Shown here piece by piece: positions 26,401 through 34,791 of a DNA stretch of 38,458 nt. This stretch comes from Pseudomonas phage Bise. The stretch is from the sequence record OR683401.1; one strand, written 5' to 3'. The translations under genes were made by a program, and so were the position numbers. The notes under the pieces are model-generated. The model did not search any database, was not told the DNA's origin, and saw only the letters and a list, made by a program, of their open reading frames with translations. How positions within the stretch are numbered: the first letter of the stretch is position 1; the number at the start of each line of letters is the position of its first letter.

Positions 26401-26800
26401 GGCGCTGCCGGGGCCGAACCTGGCCGCGTCGCCGGTGACCAGGCTGGTCGCGTCGGTGTTGATGCCGCAGGCCAGCGCGCCCGGCCCGGTGCGTGTCGAT
26501 CTGCCGAGCCTGACGTCGCCCATGCAAGCGGCGCAGCCTGCCGTGCCCGCGTCCATGCAGCGGGTTGGCGAGGTGAGCCAGGCTGTGTCCCGCCGCGAGA
26601 GCGCGGCCGGGGCGGCGACTGCGGCCGCACCTGGCCAGGGGATGACGATTCACTTCTCGCCCAACATCACCGTGGGCGGCGGCGACAGCAACGGCAGTGA
26701 CGTGCGCGGCCAGGTGCAGGAGAGCCTGAAGCTCTCCATGCGCGAGCTGGAGCAGATGCTGCGGCGCTTGCAGGCCGAGCAACAACGGAGGGCTTTCTAA
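23441..26800 (+). CDS. Tail tape measure protein
   Basis: About 1119 aa from MKELGLETVD; coiled-coil N-terminus, Gly-rich TM-like middle, Pro-rich degenerate repeats near the C-terminus. The upstream part of ORF 22979.. is not protein-like. Confidence 0.75.
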   Translation: MKELGLETVDAFAVQKKELQKAKEELQSHQEATTSLGRAVSQARVQQEAATESLQAYRTELAGQTGRATDEQRTKLKELRDQVGLADKNLKGLTREFKDARDKGEGMNESVMRQTERLQRLRSALEQNGVSTRNLAEHRRRITQAMRDEQATVDRLTTRYEKLKAAQNAQQQARADLNSRWGDAMAAYGTARALGAPVGAFIRQDDALNSLQVAMMDKNGQVGGTYDALKRQAIELGNLLPGTTADFVGTARALMEQGVAVESVLGGGLKAASYLSVVLRMPTEEAGEMAAKLREAYKLSDDELTKMADSMQRAKFAFGMKPSDLMAASAYQAPMLNQLGISGIDNTNKMLAIQGMAAQVGLEGSSFGTNFSMMLSRLAKGPQMIEDAKKGMKGHAKGLMEDAGITFDFFDKQGNFAGLDHMVTELEKLKTIKDKLGDKAAMEVAEAMFGAEAGRPAMILAEQGMAGFRAAQERMAQQASLQQRIERTTASSRNTIEALGGSLENLGAALAGPVVQALHPLINTLNTATGWLTEFADSNPRATKALGFLVLGLGAAITTFFALGVAMSFGRVLASGFQVFSLMTRIGGGAAWLGGVLRGPLLGALGVARVAVIALGRAMLMNPIGLIITGIAAGAYLVYRYWTPIKGFFLGLWGGIKSGFVSAWNGVTSIFTGIWSQITSAFSGGIAGVGKLIVNWSPMGLFYKAFSGVLSWFGVDLPKNFTDFGANIISGLTSGIKSAIGGAVTAIGDFASGLKSKFTNLLGIKSPSRVFMGFGGNIGEGAALGILQSVPGVQGAAGRLAGVALAGAVAASNTAVAGVNSSIQTRQPIEPPRLEAPAAQALRPVAPAAMPRVELPRMGVPRLDVPEQPRQAAAPAPMPQSAAPTPARVELLRLVAPAMAPLSLPTVSVTVPRIELPSMPRADLPGQPVPRQVASPAAAQPVAPVVVQQASQPAPARIVLPSQTAPAAVPPPVVALPPMPRIEMPRLALPGPNLAASPVTRLVASVLMPQASAPGPVRVDLPSLTSPMQAAQPAVPASMQRVGEVSQAVSRRESAAGAATAAAPGQGMTIHFSPNITVGGGDSNGSDVRGQVQESLKLSMRELEQMLRRLQAEQQRRAF

Positions 26801-27415
26801 ATGGCGATCATGACGCCGGTAGGCAATTTCGGCACGGGCACCGTCGCGCAGATCATCCATGAGCTGACGCGCACGCGCGGTGGCGTGTCGCAGCACGCGC
26901 TGCTGGGCGAGATCACCTTCGACCTCATCACCTACTTCGAGGGCATGGAGGCGAGCTTCTCGGCCAACTATGCCGAGCACGGGCTGATCGAAGGCAAGCC
27001 CAGGCTGCAATGGGTGGGCGACAACCTGGACGAGGTGACCTGGCGGCTGGTGTTCCATGCCGGGTTCTGCGACCCGGAGCTGGAGATGCTCAAGATGCGC
27101 GGCGCGATCACCCGCCATGAGGCGCTGCCGCTGGTGTTCGCCAATGGCGACTACAAGGGCTGGTTCGTGCCCACCGAGGTGCGCGTGACCACGCGCCAGG
27201 TGATGCGCGACGGCACGCTGATCTGGATGGAAGCCGACCTGAAACTGCGCGAGTACGTGCGCCCCGTGGTGCTGATCGAGGAGACCTCCAAGCAGGAAGC
27301 CGTGGCCACCGAAAAGACCGACCCGAACGGCCAGGTGAAGAAGCCTGCGCAGACCGTCAACCGCACGCCCGCGTCCAGGCCCGCGAGCGTACCGCCGACC
27401 AGGAGCGCGCGATGA
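26801..27415 (+). CDS. P2 gpU-like tail protein
   Basis: 204 aa immediately after the TMP. Confidence 0.45.
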   Translation: MAIMTPVGNFGTGTVAQIIHELTRTRGGVSQHALLGEITFDLITYFEGMEASFSANYAEHGLIEGKPRLQWVGDNLDEVTWRLVFHAGFCDPELEMLKMRGAITRHEALPLVFANGDYKGWFVPTEVRVTTRQVMRDGTLIWMEADLKLREYVRPVVLIEETSKQEAVATEKTDPNGQVKKPAQTVNRTPASRPASVPPTRSAR

Positions 27416-27645
27416 AGGCCATCGACTGCATCGAACACGTCACCGTGGAGGGCGAACGCTGGGACACGCTGGCCTGGCGGTACTACGGCGACCCGCTGGC
27501 TTACGGCCGCATCATCGAAGCCAACCCTGCCCTGGACATCAGCTCTACCTTGCCCTCGGGCCTGGTGGTGCTGGTGCCGGTGTTGCCGCTGGCCGAAGCC
27601 AGCCAGACCTTGCAGGATGAGGAGCTGCCGCCGTGGAAACGCTGA
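27412..27645 (+). CDS. P2 gpX-like tail protein (LysM-like)
   Basis: 77 aa; ...TLDAIAWRYYG...ANP... pattern of gpX. Confidence 0.65.
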   Translation: MKAIDCIEHVTVEGERWDTLAWRYYGDPLAYGRIIEANPALDISSTLPSGLVVLVPVLPLAEASQTLQDEELPPWKR

Positions 27646-28658
27646 AGGTTGCAACGCCCACGGTGGTGGTGGTCTATGAGGGGAAGGACATCTCTGCCCA
27701 CGTCTCGCCCGCGCTGGTCGAGCTGACCTACGTTGACTTCATGGAGGGTGAGAGCGATTCCGTCGATATGGCCCTGGAGGATGCCGAGCGCCGCTGGCAG
27801 GACGCCTGGTATCCGCAGCACGGCGACGTGGTGCAGGTGCAGCTCGGCTTCGCTGGCGAGCCGCTGCTGCCGTGCGGCGAGTTCGAGGTGGATGAGGTCG
27901 AGCTGGAAGGCCCGCCGGATGTGATTCGCATCAAGGCGCTGGCCGCTGGCGTGAAGCGCAGCGTGCGGACGCGCAACGGCCGCGCCTACGAGAACACCAC
28001 GCTGGGCGACGTGGCCAAGACGGTCGCCCAGCGCAACAAGCTCAAGCTGACCGGCACGATTGAGCCGGTGAAGATCGCGCGTGTCACCCAGGTGTACGAG
28101 ACCGACCTGATCTTCCTCAAGCGCGTGGCGGCGAGCTACGGCTATGCGTTCTCGGTGCGCGGCGACAAGCTCTGTTTCTTCAAGCGGTCGGAGCTGAAGG
28201 CGGCCGAACCCACGCTGGTGATTCGCCGCCAGGACGTGACCAGCTACCACTTCCGCGACAAGGTGCGCGGCGTGGTAACGGCGGCCACGGCCTCTTACCA
28301 CGACCCCAAGACCAAGCAGGTCAAGAAGGCCACGGTGCAGGACGCCCAGGCCAAGGGCAACCAGCACAGTGCCGACGAGCTGAAGCTCAACGTGCGGGCC
28401 GAGAACGAGCAGCAGGCCCGGCTCAAGGCCGACGCGGCGCTGGACGTGGCCAACGAAGACCAGACCGGCGGCTCGCTGACCATGCCCGGCCAGGTCAAGC
28501 TGATGGCCGGGGTGAACGTGAAGCTGGAAGGCTTCGGGAAGATGGACGGCAAATACACCGTCACACAGGCGCGGCATCGCGTCTCGCGCAACTCGGGCTA
28601 CGGCACTGAGGTGGACGTCAAGCGCGTGCGCGACCCGAAGCAAGGAGCGACGACATGA
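27633..28658 (+). CDS. P2 gpD-like late control / tail hub protein (Mu N analogue)
   Basis: 341 aa; GPD-family sequence. Confidence 0.7.
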   Translation: METLKVATPTVVVVYEGKDISAHVSPALVELTYVDFMEGESDSVDMALEDAERRWQDAWYPQHGDVVQVQLGFAGEPLLPCGEFEVDEVELEGPPDVIRIKALAAGVKRSVRTRNGRAYENTTLGDVAKTVAQRNKLKLTGTIEPVKIARVTQVYETDLIFLKRVAASYGYAFSVRGDKLCFFKRSELKAAEPTLVIRRQDVTSYHFRDKVRGVVTAATASYHDPKTKQVKKATVQDAQAKGNQHSADELKLNVRAENEQQARLKADAALDVANEDQTGGSLTMPGQVKLMAGVNVKLEGFGKMDGKYTVTQARHRVSRNSGYGTEVDVKRVRDPKQGATT

Positions 28659-29296
28659 ACATGGCCACGGGCGGCGTGCGCTACAAGCAGGGCATCGTGG
28701 CGGAGTCGCGGCCGGGCTTTGCCCGCGTTCGCTTCGACGATGTGGACGGCCTGGTCACGGCCTGGTTGCCGCTGCTGCACCCCAAGACCTTCGCCGACCA
28801 GGTGGTGTGGACGCTGGACGCGGGCGAGCACGTCGGCTGCATCCTGGACGAGTTCATGGAGGACGGCTGCATCCTCGGCGCGATCTATTCCGACGCCGAC
28901 GCGCCGCCGGTGAGCAGCCCGGACAAGTTCCGGCTCCAGTTCAAGGACGGCGGCTCGGTCGAGTACGACCGCAGCAGCGGGGCCATGAACATCGTCTGCA
29001 AGGGCGTTGCAAATCTGACCGCCGATGGCGACGTGACGGTGAAAGCGCCTTCGGTCACGCTGGACACGCCGCAGACCACCTGCACGGGCAAGCTGACCGT
29101 CGAGGGGCTGCTCTCGTATAACGGCGGCATGGTCGGCAAGGGTGGCAGCGGCGGCGCGGCCGCCAGCATCAGCGGCACCGTCGAGGTTGAAGGCCGACGA
29201 GATCAGCCTCAAGCAGCACCGGCACAAGGAACAGGGCGACGGCTCGCCGACCAGTGCGGCGATGCCGTAGCACCCGCAGAAACTAAAGCCCTTTAA
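28655..29296 (+). CDS. Baseplate assembly protein V-like (spike)
   Basis: 213 aa; gpV-like OB-fold N-terminus. Confidence 0.6.
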   Translation: MNMATGGVRYKQGIVAESRPGFARVRFDDVDGLVTAWLPLLHPKTFADQVVWTLDAGEHVGCILDEFMEDGCILGAIYSDADAPPVSSPDKFRLQFKDGGSVEYDRSSGAMNIVCKGVANLTADGDVTVKAPSVTLDTPQTTCTGKLTVEGLLSYNGGMVGKGGSGGAAASISGTVEVEGRRDQPQAAPAQGTGRRLADQCGDAVAPAETKAL

Positions 29297-29300
29297 TCGC
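29276..29300 (+). promoter_or_regulatory. Late-promoter activator site upstream of the baseplate operon: GCAGAAACTAAAGCCCTTTAATCGC
   Basis: Perfect TAAAG-CC-CTTTA dyad; centre about 42 bp upstream of the ATG at 29332; overlaps the 3' end of the V-like gene. Confidence 0.5.
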
Positions 29301-29331
29301 TGAAAAGAGGGGCGAACGCGACCATAGCCGC

Positions 29332-29757
29332 ATGGTTGCCAACGTCCCCGCCACATCTCGCCCAGCATTCTTCCAGCCCGCTCTGTCGGGCGAAGTCGCG
29401 GGCCATCCGTCCGGCCTTGCGAGTGATCGCCTGGGCGAGATCGTGACGGGCGTGGCCGACATCAATCAGTGCATCCACATCATCCTGACCACGCCGAAGG
29501 GGAGCGACCCGCACCGCCCCACCTTCGGCAGTGAGCTGCACCTCTACCTCGACTACCCCATCGACAGCGCCCGCCCGCACCTGGTGCGCGAGGCGGTGGA
29601 TGCGCTGTCCCTGTGGGAGCCGCGCATCCAGGTGATGCGCGTGCCGGTGACGCGGGAGAGCGAATCGGGCCTGCTGGTCAGCATCGAGTGGGTGTTCGCG
29701 GACAGCGTGGAGGCCGAGATGTTCTCCACGCGCGTGCCCATGAGGAAGGTGCTATGA
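29332..29757 (+). CDS. Baseplate wedge protein GPW/gp25-like
   Basis: 141 aa; ...IHIILTTPKGSDPHRPTFGSEL... conserved GPW_gp25 motif; RBS AAGAGGGG. Confidence 0.75.
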   Translation: MVANVPATSRPAFFQPALSGEVAGHPSGLASDRLGEIVTGVADINQCIHIILTTPKGSDPHRPTFGSELHLYLDYPIDSARPHLVREAVDALSLWEPRIQVMRVPVTRESESGLLVSIEWVFADSVEAEMFSTRVPMRKVL

Positions 29758-30872
29758 GCCTGCTCGACCGCCAACTGCCCGAGCCGAGTTTCATCGAACG
29801 CGACCCCGCGAAGGTCACGCGGGAGATGATCGCCACCTACGAATCGCTGACCGGCAAGACGCTGTACCCGGCGCAGGTGGAGCGCCTGCTGATCGACCTG
29901 ATCGCCTACCGCGAGAGCCTGGTGCGCGAGGCGTTCCAGGACGGCGCGAAGCTCAACCTGGTGCGCTACAGCCGGGGCGTGATTCTGGACAACATCGGCG
30001 AGAACGTGGGCGTGGAGCGTGTGGCGGCGGTCGCTGCCAGCGTGAAGCTGCGCTTCACCTTCTCGCCTGCACCGAACACCGCCACCGTGCTGCCGCAGGG
30101 CACCGAGGTGGAGGGCGGCGGCGTGTCCTTCGCCACCACGCAGGCCGTGACCGTGGCCGCAGGCGCGGCGACGGTCGAAGTGCTGGCCACCTGCACCCAG
30201 GCGGGCGTGGTCGGCAATGGGTTCGTGCCTGGCCAGATCAAGACGATGGTGGGGACGCCCTCGGGCCTGGTCGTGGCCAGTGTCGAGAACATCACCACCT
30301 CGGAGGGCGGCGCGGACGAGGAAAGCGACGAGCGCCTGCGCGAGCGCATCGTGGCCGCCCCGGAGACCTTCAGCGTTGCCGGTTCGGTGGAGGCGTACCG
30401 TTTCCATGCCATGTCGGCCCACCCGGACATCGTGGACGTGGCCGTCATCTCGCACATTCCCGGCGACGTGACGCTGTATCCGCTGACCAGCTCCGGCCTA
30501 CCGGGCGAGGCCATCAAGGCGGCCGTGCTGGCGACGTGCAGCGGCGAAAAGGTGCGCCCGCTCAACGACCAGGTCATGGTCGCCGACCCGGTTCCGGTGG
30601 ACTACGCCATCGACGTGGGCGTGGTGCTGACCCGCACGGCTGACGCGGCGCTGGCCCAGGCCCAGGTTGAGCAGGCCGCGCTGGACTTCCGCGACAACCG
30701 GGTGCAGTTCGGCACGTCCATCGTGCGTTCGCAGCTCATCGACGCGCTGCACGTCTATGGCGTGTATTCCATCACGCCCGTGCAGCCTGCGGCCGACCTC
30801 GACCTGGAGAAGTGGGAGTGGCCGCGCTGCACCAGCATCAAGGTCACGGTGACGGGAGTGGCGCATGGCTGA
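29754..30872 (+). CDS. Baseplate J-like protein
   Basis: 372 aa; 4-nt overlap with W. Confidence 0.75.
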   Translation: MSLLDRQLPEPSFIERDPAKVTREMIATYESLTGKTLYPAQVERLLIDLIAYRESLVREAFQDGAKLNLVRYSRGVILDNIGENVGVERVAAVAASVKLRFTFSPAPNTATVLPQGTEVEGGGVSFATTQAVTVAAGAATVEVLATCTQAGVVGNGFVPGQIKTMVGTPSGLVVASVENITTSEGGADEESDERLRERIVAAPETFSVAGSVEAYRFHAMSAHPDIVDVAVISHIPGDVTLYPLTSSGLPGEAIKAAVLATCSGEKVRPLNDQVMVADPVPVDYAIDVGVVLTRTADAALAQAQVEQAALDFRDNRVQFGTSIVRSQLIDALHVYGVYSITPVQPAADLDLEKWEWPRCTSIKVTVTGVAHG

Positions 30873-31905
30873 CTTCGAGAAGCCCTCGCTGCTGCCGCCC
30901 GCGCTTGCGGTTGACCTGTCCATGCGGGCGCTGGAGGTGCTGATCGCGCGCCTGGTCGAACTCGACCTGGCTCCCACGCTGGTCTACGACTTTGAGCACG
31001 TCACCGAGTCGGCGCTGCCGCACCTGGGCGAGCAGTTCCACGTCATGGGTGCGGAGGGCTGGCGGCTGGCCACGACGCCGGAGCAACGGCGGGCGCTGCT
31101 GGCGCGAGCCGTGGCGCTGCACCGGCACAAGGGAACGCCGTGGAGCATCCGTGAGGCGCTCAAGTCGGTGGGCTTCAACGACCTGGAGATAGCGGAGCGC
31201 CTGCCGTCCAACCGCTACGACGGTGCAATCGCGTACAGCGGCGCGGAAGCCTACGCCGCCTACGGCTGGGCGCAGTTCCGCGTCATCGCCGACGCGGGCG
31301 ACGAACAGCCCATCACTTCAGCGCAGACCGCGCTCATCGTCGAGACCATCAACGCATGGAAACCCGCGCGCAGCCACCTGGTGGATGTGCGCTACCGCGC
31401 CAGCGAGACCGAGCAGGTGGACGTAGCCGAGGTCGAGCAGCACCAGGGCGTCATGACCCATGACGACCAGCACCGATGGGGAAAGCACTTTTATGACGGC
31501 GCGCTGGCCTACGACCAGGGCGCTACCCACCTCTGGAACGGTGCGCTGCGCTTCAACGGCGCGGCCCTGCACAACGGTTTCTCGGCCACGGCCGAGGGTG
31601 CCCGCTACGAAGGCGAACGCGAGGAAGAAAGCCTGGAAGCCACGCTCGGCTTCTTCGACCAGCAGACGCGCTGCCCGGTGTTCGCGGGCGAGCTGGACTA
31701 CAGCGGCGTGGCCGACTTCGGGGCATCGGCTCCGGTGGCGGAGGACTTGCCCATGCCCATCACGTTGCGCCGCCACCGGCGCTTCGACGGCCGCCTGGCC
31801 TACAGCGCCCACCGTTTCGACGGTTCGCAGCGGTACGCCGGGCAATTCACCCACTTCGGCAACTCGGCGTACAGCGGCGACGTTGTCACCCTGTTGGAGG
31901 CGTAA
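30865..31905 (+). CDS. P2 gpI-like tail protein
   Basis: 346 aa after J; Phage_tail_I-like N-terminus. Confidence 0.65.
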   Translation: MADFEKPSLLPPALAVDLSMRALEVLIARLVELDLAPTLVYDFEHVTESALPHLGEQFHVMGAEGWRLATTPEQRRALLARAVALHRHKGTPWSIREALKSVGFNDLEIAERLPSNRYDGAIAYSGAEAYAAYGWAQFRVIADAGDEQPITSAQTALIVETINAWKPARSHLVDVRYRASETEQVDVAEVEQHQGVMTHDDQHRWGKHFYDGALAYDQGATHLWNGALRFNGAALHNGFSATAEGARYEGEREEESLEATLGFFDQQTRCPVFAGELDYSGVADFGASAPVAEDLPMPITLRRHRRFDGRLAYSAHRFDGSQRYAGQFTHFGNSAYSGDVVTLLEA

Positions 31906-32348
31906 TGGAAATAAAGATCAAGGAAGGCGTTCCGCTGGCCGGGCACTTCCACGTTGACCTGTATCGGGCCGGTGTCCTGGTCGCGGTCATCGACGAGGAA
32001 AACCTCATCGTCAACGGTGCCAAGAACCAGCTCGCCCGCCTGATCGGCGGCGCGGGCGCGAACCGGCACATCACGCAGATCGGTTTCGGCATTGGCCAGG
32101 CCGCCGCCGCGCCGGGCCAGACGGCGCTGACCTCGCCCTACATCAAGGCCATCGGCAGCGTGGAGTACCCGGCGACCGGCCAGGTGCGCTTCAACTGGAG
32201 CCTGTCCACGGCCGAGCTGAACGGCGTGGCCATCACCGAGTTCGGGCTGATCTGCGCGGACGGCACGTTGTTCTCGCGCAAGCAGCGCAAACCCATCGAG
32301 AAGGAGTCCGACCTGTCGCTGACCGGCTCCTGGACGATTCTTTTCTAA
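31905..32348 (+). CDS. Hypothetical tail protein (possible fibre accessory)
   Basis: 147 aa; start overlaps the I stop. Confidence 0.4.
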   Translation: MEIKIKEGVPLAGHFHVDLYRAGVLVAVIDEENLIVNGAKNQLARLIGGAGANRHITQIGFGIGQAAAAPGQTALTSPYIKAIGSVEYPATGQVRFNWSLSTAELNGVAITEFGLICADGTLFSRKQRKPIEKESDLSLTGSWTILF

Positions 32349-32358
32349 GGAGACCGAT

Positions 32359-33288
32359 ATGGCAAACGTGACTGAAACCCCGACCTGGGAAGGCGGTGTC
32401 TACCAGATCGAAACCACCGACCCCGTGCTGGGCGGCCCCAATGGCATCGCCAACGTGCAGGCCAAGCAGCTCGCCAACCGCACCACGTACCTAAAGGCCC
32501 GCGCCGACCAGGTCGATGCGGCCAAGGGCAACCATGCCAGCCTGACCGCGCGCATGACCGCCATCGAGGCGGCCACCGAGGCGCTCGGGCCGGACGCCCA
32601 GGACGCATCCCTGGCCGCCATCAAGTTCGCCATCGACCAGGCGAATTTGGCCAACCAGGGCGTGCGTGGGCTGCACCAGTTCGCGCAGCAGGAAGGCGTG
32701 CTGACGATCAGCAACCGGGGCGTGGTCAGCGGCTGCACGGTGAGCAAGTCCACCACGGCCGCGCGCAACCTGCACATCTCGACCGGCACCTGCTTTGCCC
32801 AGGGGCGCAAGTTCGCGGTGGCAGACGGCAACAACGCTGCCTCGGTGCCCAGCAACACCGGCTCGGGGGCCGTGACCGTGTTCGCCTACCTGTTCCAGGA
32901 CGCCAGCGGCCTGTGGCGGCTGGCCGTGACGTCCATCGGCCAGGCCGTGCCGGACGGCTGCATCCGCCTCTACAACCTTACGGTGCCCGCCAACTCGACG
33001 GACGCCACCGACCCCAACTTGGCGGCCGTCACGCTCACCGATGTGCGCCGCGTCGAGGCCGGGTTCCCGATCTTGCTGGACAACCCCGCCTCGGCGTCGC
33101 CGCAGCTCGCGGCGCTGCCGGATTCGGCCTACCACGTCACCTTCGACGTGCTCTCGGCCAACGGCGCGCCCGCCGAGGCCAAGAGCCTGGTGGTGGCCAG
33201 CCGTGCCAGCAACGGCTTCACCGTGCGGCTGGCCGCCGCCGCCGACAACGTGGTGGCCCGCTGGCGGGTGAGCCGCCTCAATGCCTAA
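32359..33288 (+). CDS. Tail fibre protein
   Basis: 309 aa; N-terminal ...GGVYQIETTDPVLGGPNGIANVQAKQLANRTTYLK is the conserved baseplate-attachment motif of phage tail fibres. Confidence 0.65.
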   Translation: MANVTETPTWEGGVYQIETTDPVLGGPNGIANVQAKQLANRTTYLKARADQVDAAKGNHASLTARMTAIEAATEALGPDAQDASLAAIKFAIDQANLANQGVRGLHQFAQQEGVLTISNRGVVSGCTVSKSTTAARNLHISTGTCFAQGRKFAVADGNNAASVPSNTGSGAVTVFAYLFQDASGLWRLAVTSIGQAVPDGCIRLYNLTVPANSTDATDPNLAAVTLTDVRRVEAGFPILLDNPASASPQLAALPDSAYHVTFDVLSANGAPAEAKSLVVASRASNGFTVRLAAAADNVVARWRVSRLNA

Positions 33289-33309
33289 ACCCCTGAAAGG
33301 AGATCATCC

Positions 33310-33630
33310 ATGCCGCAAATCATCTTGAAGCAGCCGAGCCAGAACTCGGCCGACTTCTCCGTCAACGGTGCCGTCATCACGGTGGCCGGTGTCACCGTCA
33401 ACTGCGAGGCCCGCGAGGAGGACGTCGCGCAGATCATCGAAATCCGCCAGCACGATGGCGTGGCCCAGGAGGGCGGCGAAGGCGCGTTCCTGGCGCAGAT
33501 CGAAATCCCGGCCCGCCGCTACGTGGACGAGGAAGGCCCGCTCGGCGAGGACGAGCAGCCGACCATCGTGCGCAGCCCCGTGCCGTTCGACCCCAACCGC
33601 GTCGCGCTGACGTTGTGGCCCACCAACTGA
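33310..33630 (+). CDS. Hypothetical protein upstream of the DGR target
   Basis: 106 aa; RBS AAGGAGA. Confidence 0.4.
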   Translation: MPQIILKQPSQNSADFSVNGAVITVAGVTVNCEAREEDVAQIIEIRQHDGVAQEGGEGAFLAQIEIPARRYVDEEGPLGEDEQPTIVRSPVPFDPNRVALTLWPTN

Positions 33631-33646
33631 CCTAGGAGCACCACCC

Positions 33647-34741
33647 ATGACTATCTTCATCAAAGACGACCTGCGCGCGAGCGTGGAAGCGGCCACGGGC
33701 GGCCTTGTCACCGTGCTCTACACGGCGGCCGGGCATCCGAGCTACATGAACGTGATCCCCAAGTTCAACTTGCAGGACATCGACCCGGCGCTGGGCACCG
33801 GGGTGCATCCGGCTTTCATCGTCAACGGCGTGGAAAAGAGCGAGCTGTTCATCGGCCAGCATGTCGGCTGCGTCAAGGACAGCAACCTGCTGTCCTTCCC
33901 CGGCGCGGTGCCGCAGGTCAGCGCGAACTTCGACACCTTCAGGACGTGGGCGGCGAACAACGGCCCCGGCTGGCACATCATGACCAACGCCGAATGGGCG
34001 GCCATCGCCCTCTGGTGCTGGAAGAACGGCACGATGCCGCGCGGCAACAACAACTGGGGCCGTGATGTCGGCTCGACGTGGGAGACGGCCCGCCGTGTTG
34101 ATGGTGGCGCGCCTGGTGATGCCACGGGCAACGGCCGCCACTACACCGGCTCCGGCCCCGCCTCCTGGCGGCACAACGGCCAGGCCAACGGCATTGCCGA
34201 CCTGAATGGCAACGTGTGGGAGTGGTCGGGTGGCCTGCGCCTCAACGATGGCGAAATCCAGGTGCTGGCCAACAACGACGCCGCCGACAACACGAAAGAC
34301 CAGAGCAGCACCTCGACGCTCTGGAAGGCCATCAAGGCGTCGGATGGCTCGCTGGTTGCGCCGGGTACGGCGGGCACTTTGAAGTACGACGCGACGGGTG
34401 CCAACGGCACTGGAGGCAACGTGCTGTCCGACACCGTGACCAGCCGCTCTGGCAACGTGGGCGAGAACGACAACGTCAACGGCACCGGCCAGGCGTTCGA
34501 GAGCATGACTGTGAAGGCGGGGCTGACGGTGCCCGCCATCGCCAAGGTGTTGTGCTTGTATCCGCCTGTGGCGGGCCTGGGCGGCGATAACTTCTGGATG
34601 CGCAACCACGGCGAACGTCTGCCTCTGGCCGGTGGCAGCTATAACAATGGTGCCTCGGCTGGGGTGTTCGCGCGCGATCTCGCTAATGCACGAGCGAGTG
34701 TTAGCGGAAGCGTCGGCGCTCGCCCGGCCTATGTTCTTTGA
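33647..34741 (+). CDS. DGR variable target protein (Mtd-like receptor-binding protein; C-terminal FGE-sulfatase / C-type-lectin fold)
   Basis: 364 aa; GNVWEWSGG and NNWGRD motifs of the FGE/CLec fold; the last about 41 codons are the VR. Confidence 0.8.
   Translation: MTIFIKDDLRASVEAATGGLVTVLYTAAGHPSYMNVIPKFNLQDIDPALGTGVHPAFIVNGVEKSELFIGQHVGCVKDSNLLSFPGAVPQVSANFDTFRTWAANNGPGWHIMTNAEWAAIALWCWKNGTMPRGNNNWGRDVGSTWETARRVDGGAPGDATGNGRHYTGSGPASWRHNGQANGIADLNGNVWEWSGGLRLNDGEIQVLANNDAADNTKDQSSTSTLWKAIKASDGSLVAPGTAGTLKYDATGANGTGGNVLSDTVTSRSGNVGENDNVNGTGQAFESMTVKAGLTVPAIAKVLCLYPPVAGLGGDNFWMRNHGERLPLAGGSYNNGASAGVFARDLANARASVSGSVGARPAYVL
34615..34738 (+). repeat. DGR variable repeat (VR), 124 bp, at the 3' end of the target gene
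   Basis: Near-identical to TR 35329-35452; all 9 differences fall at TR adenines. Confidence 0.85.
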
Positions 34742-34791
34742 AAGGGGGTGCGGTAGCACCCACCAGCAGCGCAACAGCATGTGATGGGTCT

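Noticed and set aside
25900-26560. Possible CRISPR-like or tandem DNA repeat array in the tape-measure 3' region
   Set aside because: Repeats are degenerate at the DNA level, in-frame and coding, with no spacer-repeat regularity. This is protein-level repetitiveness only.
23024-27118. 1364-aa minus-strand ORF spanning the tape-measure region
   Set aside because: Arg/Gly/Ala/His-rich, low-complexity translation typical of an antisense frame in high-GC coding DNA. It fully overlaps a convincing tape-measure gene. Only its last about 96 codons (23024-23314) look protein-like and are called separately.
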